Below are positions 53,439-64,000 of a stretch of 64,000 nt of DNA, in pieces. A program made the translations under genes and the position numbers. The stretch spans positions 164 through 64,163 of the forward strand of contig JARRJY010000002.1 in assembly GCA_037388705.1 (NCBI GenBank), in the 5' to 3' direction. Position 1 is the first letter of the stretch. Every line of letters starts with the position of its first letter. The stretch is from Gammaproteobacteria bacterium (GTDB taxonomy: Bacteria > Pseudomonadota > Gammaproteobacteria > UBA6429 > Thiohalophilaceae). The notes under the pieces were generated by a model. It was not told the origin of the DNA. It saw nothing but the letters and a program-made list of their open reading frames with translations, and did no database searches.

Positions 53439-53792
53439 ATGTTAAATAGCGAACAGTTGCGCGACCTGGTTATTGACGCACTTGAAGACATTAAGGCGAT
53501 TGATATTCGTGTCCTTGATGTGCGGGGCAAGTCCAGCGTAACAGATATCATGATCGTTGCTTCAGGTAACACCGCACGCCAGGTTAAGGCCTTGTCTGAT
53601 AACGTGGTGGTAAAATCAAAACAGGCGGGTGTAAAACCGCTGGGTGTCGAGGGTGAAATGCAGGGTGAATGGGCCCTGGTTGACCTGGGTGACGTGGTCG
53701 TACACATTATGCAACCGTCTATTCGTGACTTTTACAACCTGGAAAAACTCTGGGGTGATGAAAGTCCGAGGGTGGAACAGCAACAAAATTAG
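53439..53792 (+). CDS. rsfS: ribosome silencing factor
   Basis: DYMIIASG-like segment ([18 protein letters not shown]), [16 protein letters not shown] and R.FY.LE.LW. Confidence 0.9.
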   Translation: MLNSEQLRDLVIDALEDIKAIDIRVLDVRGKSSVTDIMIVASGNTARQVKALSDNVVVKSKQAGVKPLGVEGEMQGEWALVDLGDVVVHIMQPSIRDFYNLEKLWGDESPRVEQQQN

Positions 53793-53835
53793 TTGACCTA
53801 TAGACCTAAAAAAATAAAACAGGACAGGGTAAGGC

Positions 53836-54303
53836 ATGCAAATTCATTTGATCGCAATGGGACAACGCATGCCTGGCTGGGTCAACGAGGGTGTGGATGA
53901 ATTCAGCAAGCGTATGCCACCTGAGTGCAAATTACGCTGGGTGGAAATTCCTGCCGGCAAGCGCAGCAAAACATCAGATATCGTGCGACTCATGCAACAG
54001 GAAGGCGAAAAAATGATTGCCGCTATTCCCAAGGGTGCGATGGTAGTGGCACTGGATGTCAAAGGAAAAGCCTGGTCCACGGAAGAACTCTCACAACAAC
54101 TTACTGGCTGGTTACAGGGTGGTCGAGATGTGGCCATGTTAATCGGTGGCCCGGAAGGACTGGCACCCGCTTGTCTAGAATTGGCAGAACTGAAGCTCTC
54201 GCTTTCAAAAATGACTTTGCCGCATCCACTGGTTCGGGTGATGCTCAGTGAGCAGCTTTACCGCGCCATGAGTATTCTCAAGCACCATCCTTATCATAAA
54301 TAG
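53836..54303 (+). CDS. rlmH: 23S rRNA (pseudouridine1915-N3)-methyltransferase
   Basis: 155 aa. SPOUT motifs (IGGPEGL..., LPHPLVRVML.EQLYRA). Confidence 0.9.
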   Translation: MQIHLIAMGQRMPGWVNEGVDEFSKRMPPECKLRWVEIPAGKRSKTSDIVRLMQQEGEKMIAAIPKGAMVVALDVKGKAWSTEELSQQLTGWLQGGRDVAMLIGGPEGLAPACLELAELKLSLSKMTLPHPLVRVMLSEQLYRAMSILKHHPYHK

Positions 54304-54307
54304 TCAC

Positions 54308-54889
54308 GTGGCTGATTTATTTGATATTTACCTGGCTTCAGCGTCACCCCGACGACGGGAGTTGCTGGAACAAATTGGCGTGCAATACCGGCTGCTTTCT
54401 GTTGATGTGGATGAAACCCCGTTGGAGTCTGAATCACCAGCTGAATATGTCTCCCGGCTGGCCTTGGAAAAAGCTTGCTCTGGATGGCAACTTGTTGAAA
54501 GTACAGATAAAAAACCGGTTCTGGGGGCGGATACGGCGGTGGTTGTCAATGGTGAAATCCTCGGCAAACCGGATAACAAGGTGCAGGCAATCAAAATGCT
54601 GATGAAGCTGTCCAGCCAAACCCACCAGGTACTCAGTGGCATTGCACTGGTTACAGAAAAGCAGCAAAAAGTCAGCGTAAACACCAGTTTAGTCACATTT
54701 CGTGGCCTGAGTGAGGCAGAGTGCGAGGCTTATTGGCATACTGGTGAACCGGCCGATAAAGCCGGTTCATACGCTATTCAGGGTAGGGCTGCTATGTTTA
54801 TCAGTAAGCTGTCCGGAAGTTATTCAGGGGTAATGGGCTTGCCTCTTTATGAAACCGCTGAATTATTACAGAATACTGGTGGTAGGTAA
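54308..54889 (+). CDS. maf: Maf-family nucleoside triphosphate pyrophosphatase
   Basis: LASASPRRRELL, GADT.V, AGSYAIQG and VMGLPL. GTG start. Confidence 0.88.
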   Translation: MADLFDIYLASASPRRRELLEQIGVQYRLLSVDVDETPLESESPAEYVSRLALEKACSGWQLVESTDKKPVLGADTAVVVNGEILGKPDNKVQAIKMLMKLSSQTHQVLSGIALVTEKQQKVSVNTSLVTFRGLSEAECEAYWHTGEPADKAGSYAIQGRAAMFISKLSGSYSGVMGLPLYETAELLQNTGGR

Positions 54890-56240
54890 TGTATATAAAG
54901 GAAAAGTAGTCAGAGTATTGCCTGGCATGCAGGCGGCTTTTCTTGATGTTGGACTTGAGCGCACCGCGTTCCTCCACGTATCGGATATTGCTACTGCTCA
55001 GGAGCAGCGCAACGGGGATAGCGAGTCATCCCCTGACACCATTATGGACCTGCTTAGTGAAGGGCAGCAGCTTATCGTACAGGTAGTAAAAGATCCCATG
55101 GGTACCAAGGGAGCCAGGCTTACAACCCAGATCTCCATTCCGTCGCGCTACCTGGTCTATATGCCGGGCGCTGATTGTGTTGGTGTCTCTCAAAAAATTG
55201 AAGAGGAAGAAGAGCGCCAGCGCTTAAAAGATATTATCGCCGGCCATGCCGATGAATTTGATCTCGGTGGCTATATCATTCGTACCGTTGCCGACGGAGT
55301 AAGTGAAGAGGCAATTTATAAAGACATGCAGTTTCTGCAAAAAATGTGGGGTGCGTTAAATGAGCGGGCAAACAAGGAAAAAGCTGGAGCCCTGATTCAT
55401 GAAGACTTTCCGTTAGTAATGCGCACCATGCGCGATATGCGCGGCACTGATTTGGAAAAAATTCGCATCGATTCCAACGAGACCTATAAAAAAGTCCAGA
55501 AGTTTGCTAGAAAATTTATTCCCGAGCTCTCGGATCGCATTGAATATTATCCAGGTGAACGTCCTATCTTTGACATTTACGGTGTTGAAGATGAAATACG
55601 AAAAGCCCTCGACAAAAAAGTTCAGCTTAAATCCGGTGGCTACCTGATCATTGATCAAACCGAGGCGATGACAACGATTGATGTAAATACCGGTGCCTTT
55701 GTTGGTCATCGCAACCTGGAAGAAACTATCTTTAAAACCAATCTTGAAGCGACCCAGGCTATTGTGCGTCAACTTCGCCTGCGCAATCTTGGTGGCATAA
55801 TCATTATCGACTTTATCGATATGGAAGACATGGAACATCGTCGCCAGGTATTACGAGCACTGGAAAAGAACTTGGAAAAAGATCATGCCAAAACCTATAT
55901 CAGTGATGTTTCGCCACTGGGCCTGGTTGAAATGACACGCAAACGTACCCGTGAAAGTCTGGAGCATATTTTATGTGAACCCTGTCCGTGTTGCAGTGGC
56001 AGGGGATCATTGCTTACTGCCGAGACTGTTTGCTATGAAATTTTCCGTGAGCTTATCAGGGAAGCAAGACAGTTTGATGCACAGAAGTTACTGGTGCTTG
56101 CCTCGCAACCGGTTGTCGATTTATTACTGGATGAAGAGTCAACCAGCGTTGTAGAACTGGAAGATTTTATTGGCAAAACCATCAAGTTCCAGGTGGAGGC
56201 AGATTATACCCAGGAACAATTTGATGTAGTGTTGATGTAA
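54849..56240 (+). CDS. rng: ribonuclease G, N-terminally ~26 aa shorter than E. coli Rng and overlapping maf by 41 nt
   Basis: VGNVYKGKVVRVLPGMQAAFLDVG...LIIDQTEAMTTIDVNTGAFVGHRN...GGIIIIDFIDM align closely with E. coli Rng as I recall it. The frame is open only from 54834. Confidence 0.88.
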   Translation: MKPLNYYRILVVGNVYKGKVVRVLPGMQAAFLDVGLERTAFLHVSDIATAQEQRNGDSESSPDTIMDLLSEGQQLIVQVVKDPMGTKGARLTTQISIPSRYLVYMPGADCVGVSQKIEEEEERQRLKDIIAGHADEFDLGGYIIRTVADGVSEEAIYKDMQFLQKMWGALNERANKEKAGALIHEDFPLVMRTMRDMRGTDLEKIRIDSNETYKKVQKFARKFIPELSDRIEYYPGERPIFDIYGVEDEIRKALDKKVQLKSGGYLIIDQTEAMTTIDVNTGAFVGHRNLEETIFKTNLEATQAIVRQLRLRNLGGIIIIDFIDMEDMEHRRQVLRALEKNLEKDHAKTYISDVSPLGLVEMTRKRTRESLEHILCEPCPCCSGRGSLLTAETVCYEIFRELIREARQFDAQKLLVLASQPVVDLLLDEESTSVVELEDFIGKTIKFQVEADYTQEQFDVVLM

Positions 56241-56250
56241 TAAAGATTTA

Positions 56251-59200
56251 ATGACTAAGCAGTATAAACACATCGATAAACTGATTAAATGGTTGTGGTA
56301 CTTACTCGCGGCCAGTATCCTTTTTTCTGCTGTTATTATTTCCCTGATTCGTTTTGCGTTAACTGAGGTCGAGAGTTATCGCGAAAGAGTTGAGGAACTG
56401 GTAAGTGGTGCTATTAAACACCAGGTTTATATCGAATCTCTGGATGCGAGGCTGGTAGGGCTAATGCCAACCCTGGTACTTGAAGGAGTACGGGTACTGG
56501 ATGCAAAAGGGCAAAAGGAGATACTGAGAGTAAACAAAGCCAACGTTGGCGTTTCCCTTTACCAGTCAATAAAGCATCAAAAACTTATTCCCAGTGACAT
56601 TTTGATATCCGGCACCAAGCTGGCGTTAATCCGTTTGACGAATGGTCAGATTACCCTGCGCGGGTTTGACTTATCAACAGTTAGCAGTAAAGAAGTTAAA
56701 GGGAACAAAGAACTGACATCCTGGTTTTTTACCCAGTCATCGCTGGCCTTAAAGGAAAGTACTGTTATCTGGAAAGATTACAAGCGTCAACAAAAATCAA
56801 TCATTCTTAAAGATATTAACCTTGAAATAAATAATCGCGGTAAAACTCACGTTTTACATGGTTTCTTTTCTCCGGGTTCCCTGGGTAAAAACGTTGAACT
56901 GGCGATGGATATCAGTGGAGACCTGAGAGTGCCATCGCAATGGCAGGGTGATTTTTTTGTACAGGGAGATGAAATATACCTGGCTGAATGGGGGCAAAGA
57001 ATTCAGCATGAAAAAATTGAACTGACGGATGGTATCGCAGATTTCCAGTTGTGGGGCAGCCTCAATGAAAACGGGTTTAACAAAATTTACGGTGATGTTT
57101 CCGCGTACCAGTTAAATATCAAACATACAGAGAAGAAGCAATTAAAAGTAGGTTTGCTGGGTGGCTTATTTGAATTTGCTAAAAAAGATCAGGAATGGTA
57201 TCTGAATGTTGATCGTTTCCAGTATACCGGGACCGGGGGTATTTTGCCGGAGACAAACTTCAGTATTATTTCAAAAAACATTCCTGGTAAAGACAGGTCA
57301 AGCTATGATATCAGGGTTGGGAAGCTGGATCTGAAAGCAGCCAGTGAAATCTTAGTAAATAGTGGCCTGATAACTGGTGACCATGAATCCATGATCAGAG
57401 GCCTGGCACCATCAGGAAAAATTAACGCATTACGTGTTGCATCATCAGTTGATAATAATAACCAGAACAAGTTACTGGTACATGGTCAGTTAAGAAATAT
57501 TTACACGAAACAATATAAGAAAATTCCCGGTGTATCAAATATTTCGGGTGATCTATGGCTTGACCATAATCATGGCAAACTTGAATTATTTACAGAAGCA
57601 GGCAGTATTGATTTTGGTAAACTGTTCAGGGCACCAATCAAACTTGAAAAGGTAAACGGTGTTGTTAACTGGTGGAAATACCAGGATGGCTGGCAAGTTA
57701 CATCAACAGAATTACAGGCAGAAAATAATGAAGTGACGACATTAAATAATTTGTCACTTTATTTCCCGGCTAATGGTCCGACGTACATGGACCTGTATTC
57801 ATCATTTGCAGGCAGTGCACAATACAAGTCAAATTATTTACCTGTCGCAATTATGAAAAAGCCGCTGATCAACTGGCTGGATCAAAGCATTGTCTCCGGA
57901 GTTATTTCTCATGGCGGGCTGGTCTACCGGGGACGTTTTGCTGACTTTCCGTTCCGCAAACCACGGGGGCAGTTCCTGGTACAGCTTTATACTAATAACC
58001 TGGAGTTGAGTTATCAGAAAGGCTGGCCCGTTATCAGGGATGCCGACTTTGATGCCAGCTTTGATAGTAAAAGTATAGAAGTAGATTTGCACCTGGCTCG
58101 TCTTTTCACCAGTGCCGTAACAGATACGAAAGTTAGAATTAATGACTATCGGAACCCCATCGTTGATGTCACCGGCAAAGTTACCGGAAACATGGCGGAT
58201 GTCGTCAGCTTTGTTGTTAACAGCCCGTTAAAGATATCAAAGGAATTACTCGATGTTCGTTATGAAGGAAGAGCAAAAACAGATGTTGACCTGCATATCC
58301 CTTTACGTAAAGGGCAGAGTATCGGGTATACGGGTAATGTCTCCATAGACAAAGGGAACATCCAGTTAATAGGTGATTCAGTCAGCCTGGCAAATATCAA
58401 GGGAAACGTAGCGTTTTCAAATACTGGTTTTGCCAGCAAGAACCTGACAGCAGATATTTTTGATAGAACATCAGCTCTTAATATATATAGCCAGCAAACC
58501 AGCACCGGCAACAAGACTTACCTTGCGACAAGTGGCCAAACTGATATTCAGAAACTGCTTAAGAGTTTTTCCATTCCCGCTTATAAGCATAGTAGCGGAA
58601 ACCTGAACTGGCAGGCATTAGTGGATTTCTCGGATGACAGGGAAAAAGTGCCTGTGCTGGTTGTTCATAGTGACATGTCAGGCGTGTCACTTGATATGCC
58701 TTACCCGCTTAAAAAGAATGCTTCCGAAGAAAAAAATATGAGTCTGAAGGCATTCTTCAAAGGTAAAGGGAATACCGATCTATATATTGAGTATGCGGAT
58801 GCAGTTTCATTATCTACGCGCCTGGTAAAAAACAAGACAGCTCTTCATATAGAACGTGGACATGTTCATTTTGCCGGTGGTGAGGCAGTACTCCCTAAGC
58901 GCAAGCGATTATACGTATCTGGCAGCCTGGACCAGTTTTATCCCAGCCGCTGGGTTAAACATATCAATCAGTATAGCGATACCGGCAACCACAAGAATTT
59001 TAGCCTTCCAGTTCAGTTAGATATGAATCGACTCAGTATTGGTATTGATGTAGAGAAGGAGAAAAAAGACGTTGCTATAAAGCCCCGTGATTTTCCAGTC
59101 ATAAAAGGGGTAATCAAAGACCTGAAATTTGATGGGATGCCTTTAGGAAAGTTGAGTATTGATATGATTCATCATAAAGGTGATATGCAGCTGAACAGGT

Positions 59201-59942
59201 TGAATATTCACTCACCTGATATGGAGTTTAATTCGTCTGGCCGCTGGGAATATTCCAATAGAAAGCACAGCTCAAGAATGAATGTAAGTCTGAAAAGTGA
59301 TGACTATACCTGGGTAAACTGTTTAAACGACTCGGTCTGTCAGCGATCATTAATAATGGTAAATCGGATATAAAAGGCTCAATACACTGGGAAGGTACAC
59401 CTTTTGCATTCTCACTGGCCAGGTTGAATGGCAACCTCAAGATATATATTCAGGATGGTTCGATTGCTGATGTTGATCCCGGTGCCGGTCGGGTGGTGGG
59501 ATTACTAAGTTTGTCAGAACTCCCGCGCCGGTTAATGCTTGATTTCAGTGACATGTTTAAAAAAGGCATGGTGTTTGATGAAATCAAAGGGGATGTCTCA
59601 CTGGTTAATGGTGATGCCTTTACGAAAGCTATACACGTTGAAAGCTCTTTGGCCGATGTCAAACTTGAAGGCCGCACAGGGCTGGTGAAACGAGACTATG
59701 ATCAGCTGGTATCCGTAGTGCCCAAGGTTGGCGATACCTTGCCAGTTGCCAGTGGTGTGTTATTTGGTTCTCAAATTGGTGCAATAGTACTGTTGTTCGA
59801 GAAACTGATGGGTAAGGAAATTGAAAAAGCCACGGAAAGGAAATATAAAGTTACTGGTAGCTGGGAAAAACCAATAATCAAGCGAATTGATATTCCAGCT
59901 GAAGAAGCCAGGCCTGTAGATAGTGGTCTTGGTGATGAGTAA
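56251..59942 (+). pseudogene. yhdP: YhdP-family (AsmA-like, TIGR02099-type) large envelope protein, frameshifted near 59304-59313
   Basis: ORFs 56251-59373 and 59424-59942 belong to one protein. The second frame reads back to 59304 as LYLGKLFKRLGLSAIINNGKSDIKGSIHWEGTPFAFSLARLNGNLKIYIQDGSIADVDPGAGRVVGLLSL... Confidence 0.75.
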
Positions 59943-60020
59943 GAGCATGGAATTATAAAGTGTCTTGTACGCTACCGGTATACTTCAAGATGTCCATGCT
60001 ATCGAAAAATGGTATGATCA

Positions 60021-60386
60021 ATGTATATGAAAATCTCCAAGATTGTTTTCCTCGGTTATATTTTTTTGGCAGCAGTCTGCCAGGCCGCTGACAATATCCG
60101 TATTATTACTGCAGAACAGTGGGCTGTTCCTCGTAGTGCCGAAACCGTGATTAACATGCCTCCCATACGGGAAACCATTAACCAGATGCAGGCGTTTCCC
60201 GGTAACCGGTTATTAATAAGATATCCAGGTGGTGAAGAAGGTGTTTTGTGGGTGAGTGAATTACGCAGCTGGCTGGTTTCATTGGGTATTTCTTCGCAAG
60301 CTATGGAACTGGTACCAGGCAGTGAGATAAACCAGATTGAACTTTCAGTTATCCAGAAATCTTTTGATAAAAACGGTGGTAGGTAA
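60021..60386 (+). CDS. hypothetical secreted protein
   Basis: Signal peptide (IFLAAVCQA-AD). I recognise no family. Its stop codon overlaps the next gene's start. Confidence 0.45.
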   Translation: MYMKISKIVFLGYIFLAAVCQAADNIRIITAEQWAVPRSAETVINMPPIRETINQMQAFPGNRLLIRYPGGEEGVLWVSELRSWLVSLGISSQAMELVPGSEINQIELSVIQKSFDKNGGR

Positions 60387-61216
60387 TGACACGTGTAGCA
60401 GCAATCCAAATGGCTTCAGGCCCGAATGTAAGCGCAAACCTGACAGAAGCAGAACGCTGGATAAACCAGGCTGTTGATGCGGGTGCCGAGTTAATCGTGT
60501 TACCCGAGAACTTCGCTATCATCGGGATAAAAGAAGATGATAAGCTCAAGGTTAAAGAACAGGAAGGCAGCGGACCTATCCAGGACTTCCTGAAGACACA
60601 GGCAGAAAAAAACAAGGTATGGATTGTCGGTGGCACTATTCCATTAGCTGCCAGTGATAATCATCGTATTCGTGCGGCATGCCTGGTATATAACGATAAA
60701 GGCGAACAGGTTGCACGGTATGACAAGGTACATTTATTTGATGTAAAAGTGCCAAACACGGATGAAACCTACAACGAGTCTGAGACAATTGAGCCTGGTA
60801 CCGAAGCGGTTGTCATAAATACGCCGTTTGGCAAGCTTGGCCTGGCGGTGTGTTATGATTTGCGTTTTCCTGAACTGTTTCGCCGCATGGCCGATGATGG
60901 CGTAGAAATCATCGCCCTGCCTGCAGCATTTACAGCCATTACCGGTGCAGCTCACTGGGAATCACTGGTACGTGCCCGCGCTATTGAGAATCTCAGCTAC
61001 CTGATCGCTTCAGCACAGGGTGGCTATCATGTAAATGGTCGCGAAACTTATGGTGACAGTATGGTTGTTGATCCCTGGGGTAATGTACTGGATCGACTGT
61101 CGCGGGGTTCCGGTTTTGTTATTGCCGAAATCGACAGGAATAAAGTTACCAATACCCGTAAAAACTTTCCGGCACTTGAGCATCGCAAGATCCCCTGCAA
61201 GATTGCCGAGGTGTAA
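60386..61216 (+). CDS. carbon-nitrogen hydrolase family protein (Nit/omega-amidase-like)
   Basis: Glu-Lys-Cys triad contexts: VLPENF, YDKVHLFD and LAVCYDLRFPE. Confidence 0.85.
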   Translation: MTRVAAIQMASGPNVSANLTEAERWINQAVDAGAELIVLPENFAIIGIKEDDKLKVKEQEGSGPIQDFLKTQAEKNKVWIVGGTIPLAASDNHRIRAACLVYNDKGEQVARYDKVHLFDVKVPNTDETYNESETIEPGTEAVVINTPFGKLGLAVCYDLRFPELFRRMADDGVEIIALPAAFTAITGAAHWESLVRARAIENLSYLIASAQGGYHVNGRETYGDSMVVDPWGNVLDRLSRGSGFVIAEIDRNKVTNTRKNFPALEHRKIPCKIAEV

Positions 61217-61219
61217 TAA

Positions 61220-62656
61220 ATGAGTAATATCGAATTAGCACGATCAGCCTTGTTGGCGCCTTCCGGCCTGGGTGACCAGGAACTGGAAAAGGTACTTGAT
61301 AGCCTGATGCATCATAACGTGGATTATGCGGATCTTTATTTCCAGGCAACACGTCATGAATCATGGGTGCTGGAAGATGGTATCGTAAAAGAAGGTAGCC
61401 ACAATATCGAACAGGGTGTCGGTGTCCGCGCTGTCAGTGGTGAAAAATCCGGGTTTGCCTATTCAGATGAAATTGTTTTGCCAGCGTTAACCCAGGCAGC
61501 ACAGTCTGCCCGTGCCATTGCCCGCAGCGGTCAGAATCATAAGGTAAAAGCATGGCAACCAGTTGATATACATCAACTCTATTTACCTTCTGATCCACTA
61601 GACTCCATGAAAGCTGAAGACAAGATTAACCTGTTACGCATGCTGGATGCCGAAGCACGTAAACAGGATCCACGTATAAAGCAGGTTATTGTCAGCCTGT
61701 CAGGGGTACAGGATATCGTCATGGTAGCCGCCAGTGACGGGACACTGAATGCAGATGTGCGCCCGCTGGTAAGAATGAACGTCAGCGTGATAGCCGAGGA
61801 CGGTTCGCGTCGTGAACAGGGCAGTACCGGTGGTGGTGGCCGTGTCGGTTATGAATATTTTCTTGAAGAAGAACGTGGTCTGAACTTTGCGCGTGAAGCA
61901 GTTCGCCAGGCACTGGTTAACCTGGAGGCAGTGGATGCACCGGCAGGTAGTATGCCCGTAGTGTTAGGTCCAGGCTGGCCCGGCGTGTTATTACATGAAG
62001 CAATCGGGCATGGACTTGAGGGTGATTTTAACCGTAAGGGTAGTTCAGCCTTCAGTGGCAGAATTGGCCAGAAGGTCGCCTCACCTCTTTGCACCGTTGT
62101 TGATGACGGCACCATGGCCAACCGACGTGGGTCATTAAACATGGATGATGAAGGTGTAGCCAGCCAGCAAACCGTGCTGATAGAAAAGGGTATATTAAAA
62201 GGTTACATGCAGGATAAGCTCAATGCACGATTAATGGGTGTAGCCTCAACCGGTAATGGTCGACGTGAATCCTATGCGCATTTACCCATGCCGCGCATGA
62301 CCAATACTTACATGTTGCCCGGTGTACATGACCCGCAGGAGATCATTGCCTCGGTAGATAAAGGTATTTATGCCGTTAACTTTGGCGGAGGCCAGGTGGA
62401 TATTACTTCTGGTAAGTTCGTATTCTCGGCTAACGAAGCCTACCTGATTGAGAAGGGTAAAGTGACCCGCCCGGTTAAAGGTGCAACATTAATCGGTAAC
62501 GGCCCGGAAGTACTGAATGAAGTATCGATGGTCGGTAATGATCTGCAACTGGATAACGGTGTTGGTGTGTGTGGTAAAGAAGGCCAGAGTGTTCCAGTCG
62601 GTGTCGGTCAGCCAACATTAAAAATCGATTCACTAACCGTAGGCGGCACCAGCTAA
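61220..62656 (+). CDS. tldD: metalloprotease TldD
   Basis: 478 aa. [12 protein letters not shown] and the conserved C-terminal GxC region. Confidence 0.92.
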   Translation: MSNIELARSALLAPSGLGDQELEKVLDSLMHHNVDYADLYFQATRHESWVLEDGIVKEGSHNIEQGVGVRAVSGEKSGFAYSDEIVLPALTQAAQSARAIARSGQNHKVKAWQPVDIHQLYLPSDPLDSMKAEDKINLLRMLDAEARKQDPRIKQVIVSLSGVQDIVMVAASDGTLNADVRPLVRMNVSVIAEDGSRREQGSTGGGGRVGYEYFLEEERGLNFAREAVRQALVNLEAVDAPAGSMPVVLGPGWPGVLLHEAIGHGLEGDFNRKGSSAFSGRIGQKVASPLCTVVDDGTMANRRGSLNMDDEGVASQQTVLIEKGILKGYMQDKLNARLMGVASTGNGRRESYAHLPMPRMTNTYMLPGVHDPQEIIASVDKGIYAVNFGGGQVDITSGKFVFSANEAYLIEKGKVTRPVKGATLIGNGPEVLNEVSMVGNDLQLDNGVGVCGKEGQSVPVGVGQPTLKIDSLTVGGTS

Positions 62657-62894
62657 TATATATGCTGGCCAGCGATTACGTGGCCAGGTGCTAAGCCAGG
62701 GACACAGTAATGGTTTTCCCGAATATCGTCTGGGTGGTGGCAAGATGACACCATTGCATGGACGTTTCGAAGAATGTTTCCGTTCGTTCCGTGCCAAGCC
62801 GTTTGACCGGGGTTCGCCTGAATATATCAGTCTTGAAGTCTTTTTTATATGCCAGGGGTAATGGCCTGGCTATCGAAACGCCAGCGGTCAGGTA

Positions 62895-63422
62895 CTAACT
62901 TTCCCCGGAAAGTTCCCTCAGGTATTTAAAAATTTCCCGGCTGGATTTGGGGGGCTTATTATTCTGTTTTTCCTTGCTGGCCTGTCTGATCAGCTGGCGT
63001 AAATGTTGCCGATCAACCTGCGGCATTTCTTCCAGTAACTCACCCAGCGCCTTGTCACCTTCTTCAACCAGGCGATCACGCCAGTTCTCCAGCTTATGGA
63101 ATTGTTTTACATCTTCACGGTAATGGTCAACGACCTTGTCGTAGGCTTCACGGATGGGCTCATGATCGGTGTTACGTAACAACTTGCCAACGTACTGGAT
63201 CTGGCGTTTTAAAGCGCCACCTTTTTTCATTTTGCGGATAGTGATAACCGCTTCGCGGATCTTGTCATCCATGGGGATCTTGTCCAGCGCGGCAGGCTCC
63301 AGCTTGCTCATGGCTTCGCCAAGCTCCTGCAGGTCATGACACTCTCGTTTTACCTGGGTTTTCGAAACCCGGTTTTCATCAGTATCATCGTATTCTGGAA
63401 AGTCATCAACTTCGTTATTCAT
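62895..63422 (-). CDS. yjgA: ribosome-associated protein YjgA (DUF615)
   Basis: VSKTQVKRECHDLQELGEAM..L. Divergent from pmbA as in E. coli. The start is taken at MNNEVDD. Confidence 0.8.
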   Translation of the reverse strand: MNNEVDDFPEYDDTDENRVSKTQVKRECHDLQELGEAMSKLEPAALDKIPMDDKIREAVITIRKMKKGGALKRQIQYVGKLLRNTDHEPIREAYDKVVDHYREDVKQFHKLENWRDRLVEEGDKALGELLEEMPQVDRQHLRQLIRQASKEKQNNKPPKSSREIFKYLRELSGES

Positions 63423-63500
63423 GGGTGTATTATCGCATTTGTTCTCGTGCCCGTGCACCAGTAGAATGGCATGATTAACCATTAATTAGTGAATTTGAGT

Positions 63501-64000
63501 ATGCCCAACCTTTTTACAAAAACCAGCCAGGATGCTTCTGACGCTTTTGACCAGGAGTTGTATAACAAGACCGTTGAAATGATGCTGGACGAAGCCAGCA
63601 AGCAGGGTGCCAGCTCTGCCGAGGCAGGTCTCAGCGTTGAGTCCGGTTTATCGGTCAACGTTCGACTGGGTGAAGTGGAAACCATTGAGCATAACCGCGA
63701 CAAGGTCCTCGGCGCCACCGTTTACTTTGGGCAACGTAAAGGATCCGCAAGTACTACCGACTTTACCCCGGAAGCCATCAGGGAAACCGTGAAAGCTGCC
63801 TGTGATATTGCCAGGTATACCGAAGAAGACCCATACGCTGGCCTTGCGGATGCCGAGCTCATGGCCAGAGATATTCCTGACCTGGGCCTGTATTGTCACT
63901 GGAACATCAGTGCTGAAGCCGCCATTGAAATGGCCAGGGAATGTGAAGATACAGCACGGAACTTTGACAAGCGCATAACCAACTCAGAAGGTTCAGCAGT
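63501..64000 (+). CDS. pmbA: metalloprotease PmbA (TldE), 5' part; continues beyond the window
   Basis: MPNLFTKTSQ...GLSVNVRLGEVETIEHNRDKVLGATVYFGQRKGSASTTDF...ARYTEEDPYAGLAD, translated by hand from ATG 63501. The frame is open to the window end. Confidence 0.85.
   Translation, partial: MPNLFTKTSQDASDAFDQELYNKTVEMMLDEASKQGASSAEAGLSVESGLSVNVRLGEVETIEHNRDKVLGATVYFGQRKGSASTTDFTPEAIRETVKAACDIARYTEEDPYAGLADAELMARDIPDLGLYCHWNISAEAAIEMARECEDTARNFDKRITNSEGSA

Noticed and set aside
59943-60020. Imperfect long hairpin (AGCATGGA...TCCATGCT) after yhdP as a terminator
   Set aside because: It has a large irregular loop and no U-tract, so the support is too weak to call.

Overview
The window looks like a chromosomal segment of a gammaproteobacterium with GC in the low 40s by eye. 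It is mostly housekeeping, and several blocks keep E. coli-like synteny: ybeZ-ybeY-corC-lnt, leuS-lptE-holA-proA-nadD-rsfS-rlmH-maf-rng-yhdP, tldD, and divergent yjgA/pmbA. Other core genes present are ispG, dinB, pepN, nadA, lpxA-fabA-fabB, mazG and miaB. I found no rRNA, tRNA, CRISPR array, integrase or transposase. Five things stand out. (1) A translationally coupled trio at 28002-30766 encodes a HesB/IscA-like protein with an atypical Cys/Gly-rich C-terminal tail, an ATP-grasp ligase and a PflA/AmmeMemoRadiSam-type radical SAM enzyme; this is the best candidate for an undescribed system. (2) There is a cAMP-themed neighbourhood: an FHA-fused class III cyclase, a 936-aa protein (two cNMP-binding domains, rhodanese, long coiled coil, TM anchor) and a perfect CRP box upstream of that protein. 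(3) A coupled Cfa-like methyltransferase / flavin reductase / lipoprotein cassette may modify lipids. (4) A degenerate-GGDEF response regulator that keeps its I-site sits next to an HDOD protein. (5) Disrupted genes are unusually dense. Four carry frameshifts (the PBP, a GG-reductase-like gene, lnt, yhdP) and three look internally or 5'-deleted (the same PBP, amt behind an intact NtrC/sigma54 promoter, and rng at the maf junction). All product calls rest on motif recognition in the supplied translations; no database search was run.
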